A stretch of DNA of 64,000 nucleotides from a virus. Below, one piece after another: positions 49,181-59,105 of the stretch; the first letter of the stretch is position 1; every line of letters starts with the position of its first letter. The notes under the pieces are model-generated. The model saw only the letters and a list, made by a program, of their open reading frames with translations. It searched no databases and was not told where the DNA came from. Position numbers and translations under genes: made by a program. Location of the stretch: positions 6,305-70,304 of the IMG/VR virus record IMGVR_UViG_3300027896_005310; one strand, given 5' to 3'.

Positions 49181-49882
49181 TTATCCAGCTACAAAAACTC
49201 GAACTGTTGCATCATTATTTGTAGAATTGTTAAAATAAATTTTTTCTACAAAAAGTTCGCCTCGAATTAAATGAAAATCATTAGGAATACTTCCCCTAAT
49301 ACTTCTCGCGTCATTACCAAAAGCGTTAAACTTAACCCAAACATCTGATCCCGTTGCGTCAATTTTAATCTCTTTAGCTGGACGTCCTAATAAAGTAGTA
49401 ACATTTAAATACCTATTTACATCCCATCCAGACATAGGCCATAAATCAAATTCAAAATTTCTATAAACTATATTGACGGGTTGTCCTGCTTCATCTACAT
49501 AGTAATCATCTCCATAAGGAACACTGTGTAAATTATCTACTTCTAATGCAGACTCTACGTTATTTTCATCTATAGAAGTAAGCAAAAAATAATAGGGATC
49601 ATATTTATCTATTCCCATTAAAGTACGGGGTATTTTAAGATATACTGATCCTGGAGTAATTGCGTTAGCTGAATTGGAGATGCCAGACCAAATTTTAGTA
49701 AATGATCCTGGGAGTACTAATCCACTATTTGGGGGGATAAAATTTATTAAAGTAGAAGGGGACCCATATAAGTTCCATTTTTTAATGTTAGAGTTTGGAG
49801 AAGCTTTCCAAAATAATTCAATATTTCCTTCATCTAGACTAAATGTATTAATTGTAGGTAATGCCATTCTGTGTAACTCCAA
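49181..49882 (-). CDS. putative virion protein with FN3-like domain
   Basis: IELFWKAS..WNLY..YYFLLTSIDENNVES FN3-like pattern; start may be the ATG a few codons in. Confidence 0.5.
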   Translation of the reverse strand: MELHRMALPTINTFSLDEGNIELFWKASPNSNIKKWNLYGSPSTLINFIPPNSGLVLPGSFTKIWSGISNSANAITPGSVYLKIPRTLMGIDKYDPYYFLLTSIDENNVESALEVDNLHSVPYGDDYYVDEAGQPVNIVYRNFEFDLWPMSGWDVNRYLNVTTLLGRPAKEIKIDATGSDVWVKFNAFGNDARSIRGSIPNDFHLIRGELFVEKIYFNNSTNNDATVRVFVAG

Positions 49883-49930
49883 GTTTTATTATGCAAAAAT
49901 CAAAATAAGTTAAATTATTAATTAATTATT

Positions 49931-50032
49931 GACTTGACCTCCTTTGTTCATTTATTATTTAGAAGAAGCTAACTTTTTTGCTTCATAGGTTTCCTCCCTC
50001 CCATCTCATATTTCAGGGATGGGAGGTTTTTT
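49931..50032 (+). ncRNA. candidate small RNA with anti-Shine-Dalgarno tracts and intrinsic terminator
   Basis: ACCTCCTTT at 49937-49945, TTTCCTCCC at 49990; 11-bp GC-rich stem 49997-50026 plus T6; no upstream + strand gene; 5' end is a guess. Confidence 0.4.
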
Positions 50033-50148
50033 ACTTATCAAATTTTTAATATTTTTAAATAGATGAAATGGTCTTAAATACATAGTTTTAATTACTTTGA
50101 ATCCTTTATTTTTTAAAATTTTTTTAATTCCTTTTATCTTTCCGGCGC

Positions 50149-50182
50149 AGAAAACCTCGTCCTTTAGGGAGGGGTAATTGAC
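50149..50182 (+). mobile_element. isolated IS200/IS605 (tnpB-type) right-end remnant
   Basis: GAAAACCTCGTCCTTTAGGGAGGGGTAATTGAC resembles the typical GAAnCCCCGTCCTTTAGGGCGGGGTAGTTCAC end; no transposase nearby. Confidence 0.5.
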
Positions 50183-50188
50183 TCTTCA

Positions 50189-50521
50189 TTATTTATACCA
50201 TTTTTTTTCAAATGCTTCTCTAATCTCATCATCTATTTCATTTCCTGCAATTTCATCATCTTTTAAATGCATTTTTTCCCACATCTCTTGTATCATCTCA
50301 ACTTCAGCATACTCGCCTTCAAAACATCTGTTATCGTTACAATGCAAACTATCCGGAGTTAATTTGGTTGAAGGATGCAAAAAACGAATCACTCCACTCG
50401 GCACTTCTGCTACATACTGAGAAATTTCATGTATTGCTTTTCTTTGAGCACTTTCCATATTTTCAGCATCTACTTCAATATCAGCACTCATTTTCCAAAT
50501 TACTTGTATTGTGTATTTCAT
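50189..50521 (-). CDS. hypothetical protein
   Basis: MKYTIQV..IEVDAENMESA pattern common in small phage proteins; ATGA overlap. Confidence 0.55.
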   Translation of the reverse strand: MKYTIQVIWKMSADIEVDAENMESAQRKAIHEISQYVAEVPSGVIRFLHPSTKLTPDSLHCNDNRCFEGEYAEVEMIQEMWEKMHLKDDEIAGNEIDDEIREAFEKKWYK

Positions 50522-51282
50522 AAAAATTTCTCTTCAAATCTTAATAATATTTCTACAAGTTCAGGAAGCAATCTTTCTAAACATTTCTTTCTTATTCCAT
50601 CAGGGATTTCATATTCAGCTTGAGCAATAGATCCTGCGATCGCTGCTAAAGTATCACTATCTCCACCTAAAGAGATTGCTTTCCTTATACAATCTTCAAA
50701 ATCATTAGATTCGAGATAAGCTATAATTGCTTCGGGGACAGTGCCCTGACAAGACGCATCAAAGCTATATAAAGGTCTAATTTCGTCTAAGGTACGATTA
50801 AGATTATATCCAAATAAATCTATTATTTTTTCTTTTAAAGTTTTTTTATCTGTTTTGTTTCTTACCAAATAAATAGCTGCAGCAGTAGCTTGTGCTCCTT
50901 TAATGCCTTCAGGATGATTGTGGGAGCATTCTGCACTTCTCTTAGCTAAATTCATAGTCTCATCAAAAGAGTTACAACACCACCCTACTGGGCTTACTCT
51001 CATAGCACTTCCATTTCCCCAACTATTATATGGTATTTTTCTATGATTTTCTGCCCATTGTTCAAATCCTGAACCATATCCGTAACGGGGATATTTCATA
51101 TAAAAATTTTGATATGCCATAGAAAAAGAGTAATTATTTAAAATAGCATCTGCTGTAGCTACAGTAAGAATAGAATCATCTGTAATTTGACTATATTTTT
51201 GAAAAAGTTCAAAAGATGTTGTTTTAATATTATTCCATTCGTATGGAGATCCTATTATATCTCCTGCAATTGCGCCTAACAT
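50518..51282 (-). CDS. ADP-ribosylglycohydrolase, DraG/ARH family
   Basis: MLGAIAGDIIGSPYE, TDD, GNGSAMRVSP, SHNHPEG, GGDSDTLAAIAG. Confidence 0.92.
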   Translation of the reverse strand: MLGAIAGDIIGSPYEWNNIKTTSFELFQKYSQITDDSILTVATADAILNNYSFSMAYQNFYMKYPRYGYGSGFEQWAENHRKIPYNSWGNGSAMRVSPVGWCCNSFDETMNLAKRSAECSHNHPEGIKGAQATAAAIYLVRNKTDKKTLKEKIIDLFGYNLNRTLDEIRPLYSFDASCQGTVPEAIIAYLESNDFEDCIRKAISLGGDSDTLAAIAGSIAQAEYEIPDGIRKKCLERLLPELVEILLRFEEKFL

Positions 51283-51291
51283 AAAAATCTC

Positions 51292-52149
51292 CTATATTGA
51301 TAAAAGAATTTCAAAAAATAAATTTTTATTACAGTCAATACTTATAAAAGTATTAGTTCCTTTTTTTAATTTAGATCCCCATTCGCCTTTTTCCCTATAA
51401 ACTTCCACTTCTTCAAAAGAACAAATATCATTATTTAAAGCTACTGTTGCTGCTAAAGGATCATGTAATTTTTTATGATCATTTTTTTGTAAATATATTT
51501 CCATAATCTTATAAAAAAGTTCCATACCTTTAGTGAAAGGAATAAAACTATTATGATGAGATTTATCATAATAAACATCGTGGCAAACATTTTTTGATAC
51601 TAATAATATTTTCTTAATACGATCACTACTTAATAAAGCTAAAGCAGCTTGAGGATCTCCATTAAAATTAAAAGTAGGACATGTAACCTTTCCTTTAAAT
51701 TTTTTCAAAATAAGATGTTCTGGGACTACTCCTACTCCAGCAAAGCCTCCTTGTCCCACCCAACAAGCAATTGATTTTTTACTAAGTTTAAGAAATTTTC
51801 CAAGATTTTTAAGAGGCGCTCCAGTCACTACTATAGTATCTTCTTCTAAATTATCTTCAATAACTCTCCATCCTTCTCCGTCCGCTTCTTCTTCTATAAA
51901 ATCCATAATTTTATTATAAAAAGTGGAGACACATTGTTTAGGGTGATCTATATTAAAAGCTCCTACAGGTACAGGTACATGTGCATGATCTAATAGTCTC
52001 AAAGTACTTTTCACTAAACCTATTTGCAATTTAGTACCTGGAGTTATTGTAACTGCTTTTAAATCTATTTCTTTATGCGAACAAAGCCAGCAAAGTGTGA
52101 GTAAATCATCAGGATCTGCTGTTTCCATATCAAAAATTATTTTTTTCAT
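51292..52149 (-). CDS. nucleoside hydrolase, IUNH family
   Basis: FDMETADPDD, QGG, FNFNGDP, LHDPLAA. Confidence 0.82.
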   Translation of the reverse strand: MKKIIFDMETADPDDLLTLCWLCSHKEIDLKAVTITPGTKLQIGLVKSTLRLLDHAHVPVPVGAFNIDHPKQCVSTFYNKIMDFIEEEADGEGWRVIEDNLEEDTIVVTGAPLKNLGKFLKLSKKSIACWVGQGGFAGVGVVPEHLILKKFKGKVTCPTFNFNGDPQAALALLSSDRIKKILLVSKNVCHDVYYDKSHHNSFIPFTKGMELFYKIMEIYLQKNDHKKLHDPLAATVALNNDICSFEEVEVYREKGEWGSKLKKGTNTFISIDCNKNLFFEILLSI

Positions 52150-52197
52150 TTTATTTTCTACTAATCCTTAACACAAATGACATCTTCACCATGATCC

Positions 52198-52668
52198 CTA
52201 TTTAGGGACTGAAGCACATAGCCCCTTTTTGATTATATAATCAACAGTGTCCTCCAGAGAATTATATACGGGAATATGATACTCTTTAGCTTTATATTCT
52301 AAATACCTCATATGTTCAGCTTCTTTTGGAAAACCTAGTATAACTTTATTAGATTTCATCCATTCCCCAAACTCTACATTCGTTGTCAATCCAGGAAGAG
52401 TTTGCATATTTCGAGGTATCCAAAACATTATATAATTAGATTTGTCTAAATATTCCTCTTCCCATCTAATTTGTTTTTCATAATATCCTTGAAAGGGTTC
52501 AGGAATAAAAAGAGTACCCTCAAAATTTTTATTAGAAAATAATTTAATAGTTTCTTCTCTCCAAGGAGTAAAATCTTTAGGATTATTTCTAAGAGTAGGA
52601 CCAGCTAAAAAAATGGTAGGTTTTGTATGCGTAATAGGAAAAACGTGTTTAGGAGTTATTATTTTCAT
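52198..52668 (-). CDS. nucleoside 2-deoxyribosyltransferase-like protein
   Basis: IFLAGPT..WR..FIPE..QIRWE..FWIPR..TTNVEFG. Confidence 0.8.
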   Translation of the reverse strand: MKIITPKHVFPITHTKPTIFLAGPTLRNNPKDFTPWREETIKLFSNKNFEGTLFIPEPFQGYYEKQIRWEEEYLDKSNYIMFWIPRNMQTLPGLTTNVEFGEWMKSNKVILGFPKEAEHMRYLEYKAKEYHIPVYNSLEDTVDYIIKKGLCASVPK

Positions 52669-53273
52669 ATCAATCCTATAATTTTATAGATAAATTTTAC
52701 TTGAGTTGGACTAAACATCCATCGAACATTAATATTTTTATCTGCCCAATCTTTCGCACTATATCTTTCCGAATTTTTATCTTTATTTTTTTCTTCATTC
52801 ATAGCGGTCCAATCCGCTACCATTTGAGCAACGTGAGTAAGAGGCATCTTAGTAGCGTTTACCATTTTTTCTGGAGCAGAATCTCTATCTTTAGGATTAA
52901 TACTCTCAAGGGTTGCAGTATCATCCCAAAATTCAGGATGATGTTTGTTGTGTTTAACATGATGAAAAGTTGCTATAAGCATATTTTCTTCAATTTCTTT
53001 TGAAGGAGTGTAAATTTTTCCCTCATCTTTTAATTTATTTTTCCAATTTACGTGAAGGTATGGAGTATACTCAGGTTCTTCAAATTTACTTTTGTCATGT
53101 GAATCTCTTTTTAAAAGATCATTATCAATTTCAGGAAAATGTAAATCTGCAATTTTGTCTAAATATTTATTTACCAAATTAATGTGATATTGAGTTCTTT
53201 TCTTAAAATGTTTTTTCATTTTAGTATCGTCTGCACTTAATATTTTTCTTACTATTTCTTTAATCTTTTCCAT
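52665..53273 (-). CDS. HD-like (DUF5662-like) protein
   Basis: HDKSKF..E..HH..NKHHPEFW..MP..MVADW. Confidence 0.65.
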   Translation of the reverse strand: MEKIKEIVRKILSADDTKMKKHFKKRTQYHINLVNKYLDKIADLHFPEIDNDLLKRDSHDKSKFEEPEYTPYLHVNWKNKLKDEGKIYTPSKEIEENMLIATFHHVKHNKHHPEFWDDTATLESINPKDRDSAPEKMVNATKMPLTHVAQMVADWTAMNEEKNKDKNSERYSAKDWADKNINVRWMFSPTQVKFIYKIIGLI

Positions 53274-53335
53274 AAAATTTCCTTATTGTATCTCTTCCCA
53301 CTTACTCTCAATAAAATAAGTTGACCATTGTTTAT

Positions 53336-54280
53336 TCATATTTTTAATTTATTTAAAATATATTCTTCTAAATTATTTTTTTCAGTATAAGGAATTCGTA
53401 TTAATTTAACTCCATTTTCTACACATTTATTATTTTTAAAAGAATCATTTTCTTTTTGTTTTTCTAAATAATTATCATTTTTAAAATGACCTTTAAAATG
53501 AAATTCTCCATCATATTCAAAAGCTATTTTTAAATTTTCATTATAACCATCTAATTCTAAACCCTCCAACCATTTTGGTCTTTTTGTAGGAAAAGGAACT
53601 TTAAAAATATTTATAAAAATAATTCTAACTTTATTTTCAGTTTTTTTATAACAATTTGGGCATCCTGTATTACCTAAATTTCTACTACTAGGAGAAGTTT
53701 GATAGCTATGTCCTTTTTCACACAACCACCATACTTTTTTTCCAGAACCAAAAACAATATCTTTTGGAGTTAAAAGATTATTTTTAGTAGGATGCCATTC
53801 TTTTGCTATTTCAGGAAATTTTGTTTCTAAACAATTATTTTCATCCACTTTTACATTAATACAATAAGGACATCTTGTTTTTGAATAATATTTATGATCT
53901 ATTCTTGCTTGATAAGAATGACCTTTTTCACATAACCACCAAGCTATTTTTCTACTTCCACGCATAATATTTTTTGGATTTAATTTATTTTTGTTAGGAT
54001 GCCATTCCTTCATTAATTGAGAATCATTTGCTAAAGAATTTTCTTCTGTAACTCTATGTCCACTACAATAAGGACAGCCTAGTTTTGAATTTACTCTATG
54101 AGATATTCTTAATTTATAAGAATGTCCCTTTTCACATAACCACCAAACTTCTTTTTTCATACCAAAAGAAACATCTTTTAGTGTCAAATCTTCATTTTTA
54201 GTAGGATGCCAAAATTTACAAATATCTGGATGAGTCTCTAATAAAGATTTATTGAATCTCATTCCAAATTCCTTTTTCAA
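53336..54280 (-). CDS. zinc-ribbon repeat protein with C-terminal PD-(D/E)XK/Vsr-like nuclease
   Basis: three WHPxKN..WWLCEKGHSY..CPxC repeats; ELDGY..AFEYDGEFH..LIRIPY. Confidence 0.75.
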   Translation of the reverse strand: MKKEFGMRFNKSLLETHPDICKFWHPTKNEDLTLKDVSFGMKKEVWWLCEKGHSYKLRISHRVNSKLGCPYCSGHRVTEENSLANDSQLMKEWHPNKNKLNPKNIMRGSRKIAWWLCEKGHSYQARIDHKYYSKTRCPYCINVKVDENNCLETKFPEIAKEWHPTKNNLLTPKDIVFGSGKKVWWLCEKGHSYQTSPSSRNLGNTGCPNCYKKTENKVRIIFINIFKVPFPTKRPKWLEGLELDGYNENLKIAFEYDGEFHFKGHFKNDNYLEKQKENDSFKNNKCVENGVKLIRIPYTEKNNLEEYILNKLKI

Positions 54281-56033
54281 AAAAAGTATGAAATTGAAAT
54301 GCTACATTTTCCCATGTAAATCGAGTTATTCTTTCGAAACTTTTTTCGCTCCATTCTTTATAATACTCTTTATCTGTTAGAAGTTTTTCAGATTCAAATA
54401 AAAATTTATCTAAATATTCTTTTGATCTATTATAAAACCAAGATCCATCATAAGGAACTAAAATACCAGATTGTTTCACAGTATCACGCAAACCCCAATA
54501 ATTTGAAGTAATAATTGGTAATGAAGATGCCATTGCTTCTAATGCACTGATACAAAATGTTTCGGAAAAATGGGTTGGAAAAAACCAATAAGAAGAAGAT
54601 TGATATTCTTTAGCTAAAGTTTGTTGGTCTACTTTTCCTTTAAAAATTATATCTTTTTGTTTTAATCCTTTTTGTACTCTATCAAATAATTCAATTTCCC
54701 AATCAGGTAATTGATTATTTTCTTTTTTCCATTTTATAGCTTCTATCCATCCTTCAATACCATAAAAAACATATAATTTTAATTTTGGATCAATTTTTTT
54801 TAATTTAGGAAAAATATCTAAAGCTAATACATCAAAACCTCGATCCAAACTAGAAGAATAGATTAATTTATGGGGATTCTTTTTTACTTTTTTAGAAAAT
54901 CTCGATAAATCTAAACCATTAGCTGATATTAAAATTTGTTCTTGAGGAATATTATGATAAGAACTTAAATATTTTTTATGCTCAGTAGATAAAGCTAGAT
55001 ATTTATCCACTTTATCTTTAAAAACATTATTCTTATCCCCCTTAATAAATACATCATGAGCTAACAAAAATTTTAATTTTGCTTTTATTTCATATTGAAA
55101 AGGATAAGACCATCTACTTGAAACAAAAAAATCTATATTATTATTTTTAATATAATTTAAAAAATTATTATGATTTATATATTCTACATTATCATTTTTA
55201 TAATCAAAATGCTGATTAGAACAATTATTAAAAACTTTTACATTATAACCTAATTTTGCCATCTCTCTTGCTATATTAATTGTATGAGTTTCACTACCTC
55301 CAATCCCTTGTTCTAAAGCTCTTTCATCCCAAAAAATAGAATCAAATCCAGTAAAAATTACAAAACTAGGTTTATCTTTAAAACCACTATCATCATCTAT
55401 CATCACTAAATCTTTAGTTTGTCCTCTAAGCGGTTTATTCCACTTACTGTTAAAATATTCTAAATTATGTTTACAGTCTTCATCATGTTTTAAACCTAAT
55501 TCCTGATGTTTTCTTTTTCTGGAAACTCCTCCAAAATGAAAGCAATAACTAGAGAATATTTGGTGAAATTTTTTACCTTTTTCTTTTGCTCTAATGCAGA
55601 TATCAAGATCTTCCCTGTCATAAATATAATTTTCATCCATATAACCGACATCTTCAAAGAATTTTCTAGTCATCATCACAGCAAAGAATGCTAACCAGTC
55701 CCGAGATATAATCTCTTTCCTAATTACTTCAATAGTATAAATATCTGGAATTATCTCCCTAACTTGCTCTAGAGTCATCGCGGGTACTAATTTTATACCT
55801 TTAACAGTATAAGCGTAATCAGTCTGAAATCCCAAATTACAATTAGAATCAGGACCTACCACTGTATTATCATCTACATTTTTAGCTAATTCTTCTATCG
55901 TATTTTTAGAAATAATTACATCATCATTTAGTATGACTATCTTTTCATTCTTAGAATTCTTTACCCCTACATTACAACTTTCACTAAAATTTAAAGCTCT
56001 TTTTGGTTTTAAAATTATTATTTTTTTTATCAT
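54249..56033 (-). CDS. glycosyltransferase, C-terminal half of a GT2 domain plus GT4 domain
   Basis: NFSESCNVG..ILNDD..EDLD..HFGG; GIGGSE, YSSSLDRG, ETFCISALEAMA. Confidence 0.85.
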   Translation of the reverse strand: MIKKIIILKPKRALNFSESCNVGVKNSKNEKIVILNDDVIISKNTIEELAKNVDDNTVVGPDSNCNLGFQTDYAYTVKGIKLVPAMTLEQVREIIPDIYTIEVIRKEIISRDWLAFFAVMMTRKFFEDVGYMDENYIYDREDLDICIRAKEKGKKFHQIFSSYCFHFGGVSRKRKHQELGLKHDEDCKHNLEYFNSKWNKPLRGQTKDLVMIDDDSGFKDKPSFVIFTGFDSIFWDERALEQGIGGSETHTINIAREMAKLGYNVKVFNNCSNQHFDYKNDNVEYINHNNFLNYIKNNNIDFFVSSRWSYPFQYEIKAKLKFLLAHDVFIKGDKNNVFKDKVDKYLALSTEHKKYLSSYHNIPQEQILISANGLDLSRFSKKVKKNPHKLIYSSSLDRGFDVLALDIFPKLKKIDPKLKLYVFYGIEGWIEAIKWKKENNQLPDWEIELFDRVQKGLKQKDIIFKGKVDQQTLAKEYQSSSYWFFPTHFSETFCISALEAMASSLPIITSNYWGLRDTVKQSGILVPYDGSWFYNRSKEYLDKFLFESEKLLTDKEYYKEWSEKSFERITRFTWENVAFQFHTFFEKGIWNEIQ

Positions 56034-58342
56034 AAGTCTCTCACTTCATAGGGCAATTGATATTTTTTTGCTATTTCTTCTACAGAATTATCATCTCCAT
56101 TATCTACAATGTACACTTCTTCTAACATAGAACTATTAGAAAAAGATTTTAAACATTCCTCTAAAATTTCTTTATTATTTTTAGTTGGAATTATTACATC
56201 TATTATTTCTTTTGAAATTGATTTATCTAAGGATAATAGAACATTTAACCACTGCTCAGATATATTTTCTAAACTATATTCTTTCGCTTTTTTAAATCCA
56301 TTACTTGCTAATTTTTTACGTAAAAAACTATCATCTCTTAATCGAAGTAAATCTTTTCTCCATTCAGCATCCATTCCTGAGCTAAGAATTAGTCCATTTA
56401 TATTATTAGCTACTATAGATTTATAAGCTGGTAATGGTTCACAAATAATTGGTTTCTTTAATGCTAACGCTTGAGTCAATCTATTATTAGACTTACAGGG
56501 CTGTCGCTTATAATTAGCCGGCACTATAATTATATCTGCCTTTTTTAATTCTTCATAAACAGTATCTAAATTCCAAGGAATATCTGCGTTAGGATGCTCA
56601 TGAATAGTATATAATTTCATATTCAATTCATCTTCAATTATATATCGTAATTTTTCCGCTTGCCAAGAATGCCCTCCATACCCAAACCAAAAAATCTTCA
56701 AGTCATCATTACTCTTGTAAAATTTTTCATCTATTTCCAATTCTTCATAATATTCTACAGCATCTTCTATCGTGATAGTATTTGAATTATATAAAGCTGC
56801 TTTTTTTCTTAACTCCTCTGAACAACAAATTACTAAATCACTTTCTTTTATTATAGTTACTACATAAGGATATTCTAAAATATCTTCACTCAGATCGCAA
56901 ATTACTTTCTTATTTTCTTCTTTTAATTTTCTAATAAGATTTATATCAAAATCATTAAAACTTTTCCCCACTACTACACAATCATAATAAAAAGCTGTCT
57001 CATAATTGCATAATTCTGAAATATATCCCTCTTTTTTTAATTGCTTACAAACATTTAAAGCACGAATTCTAATCGTTCCTGCTTTAGAATCATTAGGCAC
57101 ACACCATCCTAATTTTTTGTCAAATTTAGGAGGTAATATTTCTACTGGAGTTTCTAACTCTTTTATAGCTTCCTTTAAAGCATCTTGTAATATTTCTTGT
57201 TTAAGAGGAGCAACATTTGAATAAATTTCATAAATATTTTTCAAAACATTTACATCATCAAAAATAAAATCTTTGCCCATATTTGCTCTAAAAATATTTT
57301 TATTATTTATTACTCTAAGATCTTGGGGTTGATGTTTTAAAGCAATCTCATTATGTAAAGCTGCTTCTTTAATTTTACCCACATTATTGTAAGCTACACA
57401 TAATTGCAAATGAGGCAACCAGGTATAATATTTTGGTTCTATTATATCTAAAATATGCTCAGGACGTTCCATATTAGACGCTATTTTATACCAATGAATC
57501 GCAAGTTTCCAATTACTCTCATCCATTGATAATTCACCTAACTTGCAATAAACATCTGATTTTTGAGACTCTATTTTTATCGCATCAAAACAATGATTTT
57601 TAGCTTTAAAAAAATCTTTTTCTGTCTGATAAATAGCAGCTAATTTTAAATGAGCATTATAAATATTTTCTATCCATGCTCCTTTCATACTAATGTATTT
57701 AGTTAGCAATTTTTTAGCTTTTTCCAATTGATTTACATCAAATAATTCTTTACCTAAATAATATATATTCCTAGCATTCGTGGGATCTTTTTTTACTATT
57801 TCTTCAAGCATGGGTAAATTTCTTTCAGAACTACAATGATTTCTATAATGATGTACTTCTATATCTACCTGTTTCATTTTTCCGTTAAGGGGCAAATATT
57901 CATGGATGGGTTGCTCCCATTTTAAATTTAATGATCTTCTAACTATTCTCTCTCTATAAAAACTACAAATAGAATTTCCTAATTCATCATGAGCATACTC
58001 ATATCTCATTAAATATATATCATTTTCATGTAATTTAGGTTTTAATTCTAATAATTTTTTATAGTCTTCGGGTTTAATTACGTCATCCGCATCTAACCAA
58101 AGTTGAAAATCCATAGTAGCTTTAGAAAAAGAGAAATTTCTAGCAGCACTAAAATCATTAATCCATTTAAAATGATATATTTTATCAGTATATTTTTTTA
58201 AAATAGAAATCGTGGAATCAGTTGATCCTGTATCACAACATATAATTTCATCAAATAAAGGACCTTTAACTGATTCTAAAAGATTTCCTATATTTTTTTC
58301 TTCATCTTTACAAATTAAGCACAGACTTAAAGTATTACTCAT
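56030..58342 (-). CDS. multidomain glycosyltransferase: GT2, TPR, GT-B, and N-terminal half of a second GT2
   Basis: LSLCLICKDEE..DTGSTD..DFSAARN..WLDADD..IHE; TPR helices; KSNNRL..LPAY; terminal DVIIPTKN..IVDNG. Confidence 0.85.
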   Translation of the reverse strand: MSNTLSLCLICKDEEKNIGNLLESVKGPLFDEIICCDTGSTDSTISILKKYTDKIYHFKWINDFSAARNFSFSKATMDFQLWLDADDVIKPEDYKKLLELKPKLHENDIYLMRYEYAHDELGNSICSFYRERIVRRSLNLKWEQPIHEYLPLNGKMKQVDIEVHHYRNHCSSERNLPMLEEIVKKDPTNARNIYYLGKELFDVNQLEKAKKLLTKYISMKGAWIENIYNAHLKLAAIYQTEKDFFKAKNHCFDAIKIESQKSDVYCKLGELSMDESNWKLAIHWYKIASNMERPEHILDIIEPKYYTWLPHLQLCVAYNNVGKIKEAALHNEIALKHQPQDLRVINNKNIFRANMGKDFIFDDVNVLKNIYEIYSNVAPLKQEILQDALKEAIKELETPVEILPPKFDKKLGWCVPNDSKAGTIRIRALNVCKQLKKEGYISELCNYETAFYYDCVVVGKSFNDFDINLIRKLKEENKKVICDLSEDILEYPYVVTIIKESDLVICCSEELRKKAALYNSNTITIEDAVEYYEELEIDEKFYKSNDDLKIFWFGYGGHSWQAEKLRYIIEDELNMKLYTIHEHPNADIPWNLDTVYEELKKADIIIVPANYKRQPCKSNNRLTQALALKKPIICEPLPAYKSIVANNINGLILSSGMDAEWRKDLLRLRDDSFLRKKLASNGFKKAKEYSLENISEQWLNVLLSLDKSISKEIIDVIIPTKNNKEILEECLKSFSNSSMLEEVYIVDNGDDNSVEEIAKKYQLPYEVRDL

Positions 58343-58413
58343 TTAATTCCCCATAAATAAATATTTTTCTAATATTTTTTATTTATTATACAAACAATAA
58401 TAAAGGAGTTGAA

Positions 58414-58617
58414 ATGCAGTGTGGAATTTGTGGAAATATTTTTGAAGAATCAGAAATGACTACGGTTACTCCCTCCCAATATTTGGGAAAGGATTATCCT
58501 AACATTACTTCTTTTTGTCCTGTTTGTTTTAGAAAATTTTTAGTTAAAGCACAAAGTATTTATAATAATGCTGAACAAATAAAAAATGAAAATTTAAAAG
58601 ATTTAGTAAATCATTGA
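58414..58617 (+). CDS. small zinc-finger protein
   Basis: AAGGAG RBS; CGIC and CPVC. Confidence 0.6.
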   Translation: MQCGICGNIFEESEMTTVTPSQYLGKDYPNITSFCPVCFRKFLVKAQSIYNNAEQIKNENLKDLVNH

Positions 58618-59105
58618 AGAGGTTTTTCTGATATTGTGAGCATTCTTCTCATATAAGATCTTGTATCTTTTCTTATTTTCAACAAAAGACCTCTTGTGTG
58701 TATAGCTATTTCGTCTTTATTTAATTTTTCTGTACTATTTTTAACAAAATCTACAACTTGATCAGTTATAGAATTTTTATCTTCAAATGCTAAATCTTTA
58801 AGACTTGCTAACATATAGTTTTTATATTTATATAATTCTTTTGTAAAATCTTGACGGGGAATTCCAGTTGGAGAATAATGTCTTAAAGCATAATCTCCTG
58901 CTGATATTAAAGAGATTGCATCTAATTGTCGAAAATAAGAGCCTAATAAAGCAGCATATCCTCTAGATAATTCTTCTTTTATTATTTTTCTCATTTCACT
59001 TTCTTGTATTTGCTCAGGTTTATCCTTATCCTTATTTTTATCTTTCATAGGATCAGGAGTCTGAGCTAAATACGTAAATGCTACTTTAAAGGCTCTATCT
59101 TTCAT
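58611..59105 (-). CDS. hypothetical protein
   Basis: 164 aa; N-terminal AFKVAFTYLA motif. Confidence 0.55.
   Translation of the reverse strand: MKDRAFKVAFTYLAQTPDPMKDKNKDKDKPEQIQESEMRKIIKEELSRGYAALLGSYFRQLDAISLISAGDYALRHYSPTGIPRQDFTKELYKYKNYMLASLKDLAFEDKNSITDQVVDFVKNSTEKLNKDEIAIHTRGLLLKIRKDTRSYMRRMLTISEKPLQ

Noticed and set aside
53336-54280. Three ~200-bp imperfect repeats as a possible DGR template/variable pair
   Set aside because: In-frame zinc-ribbon domain repeats; no reverse transcriptase in the window
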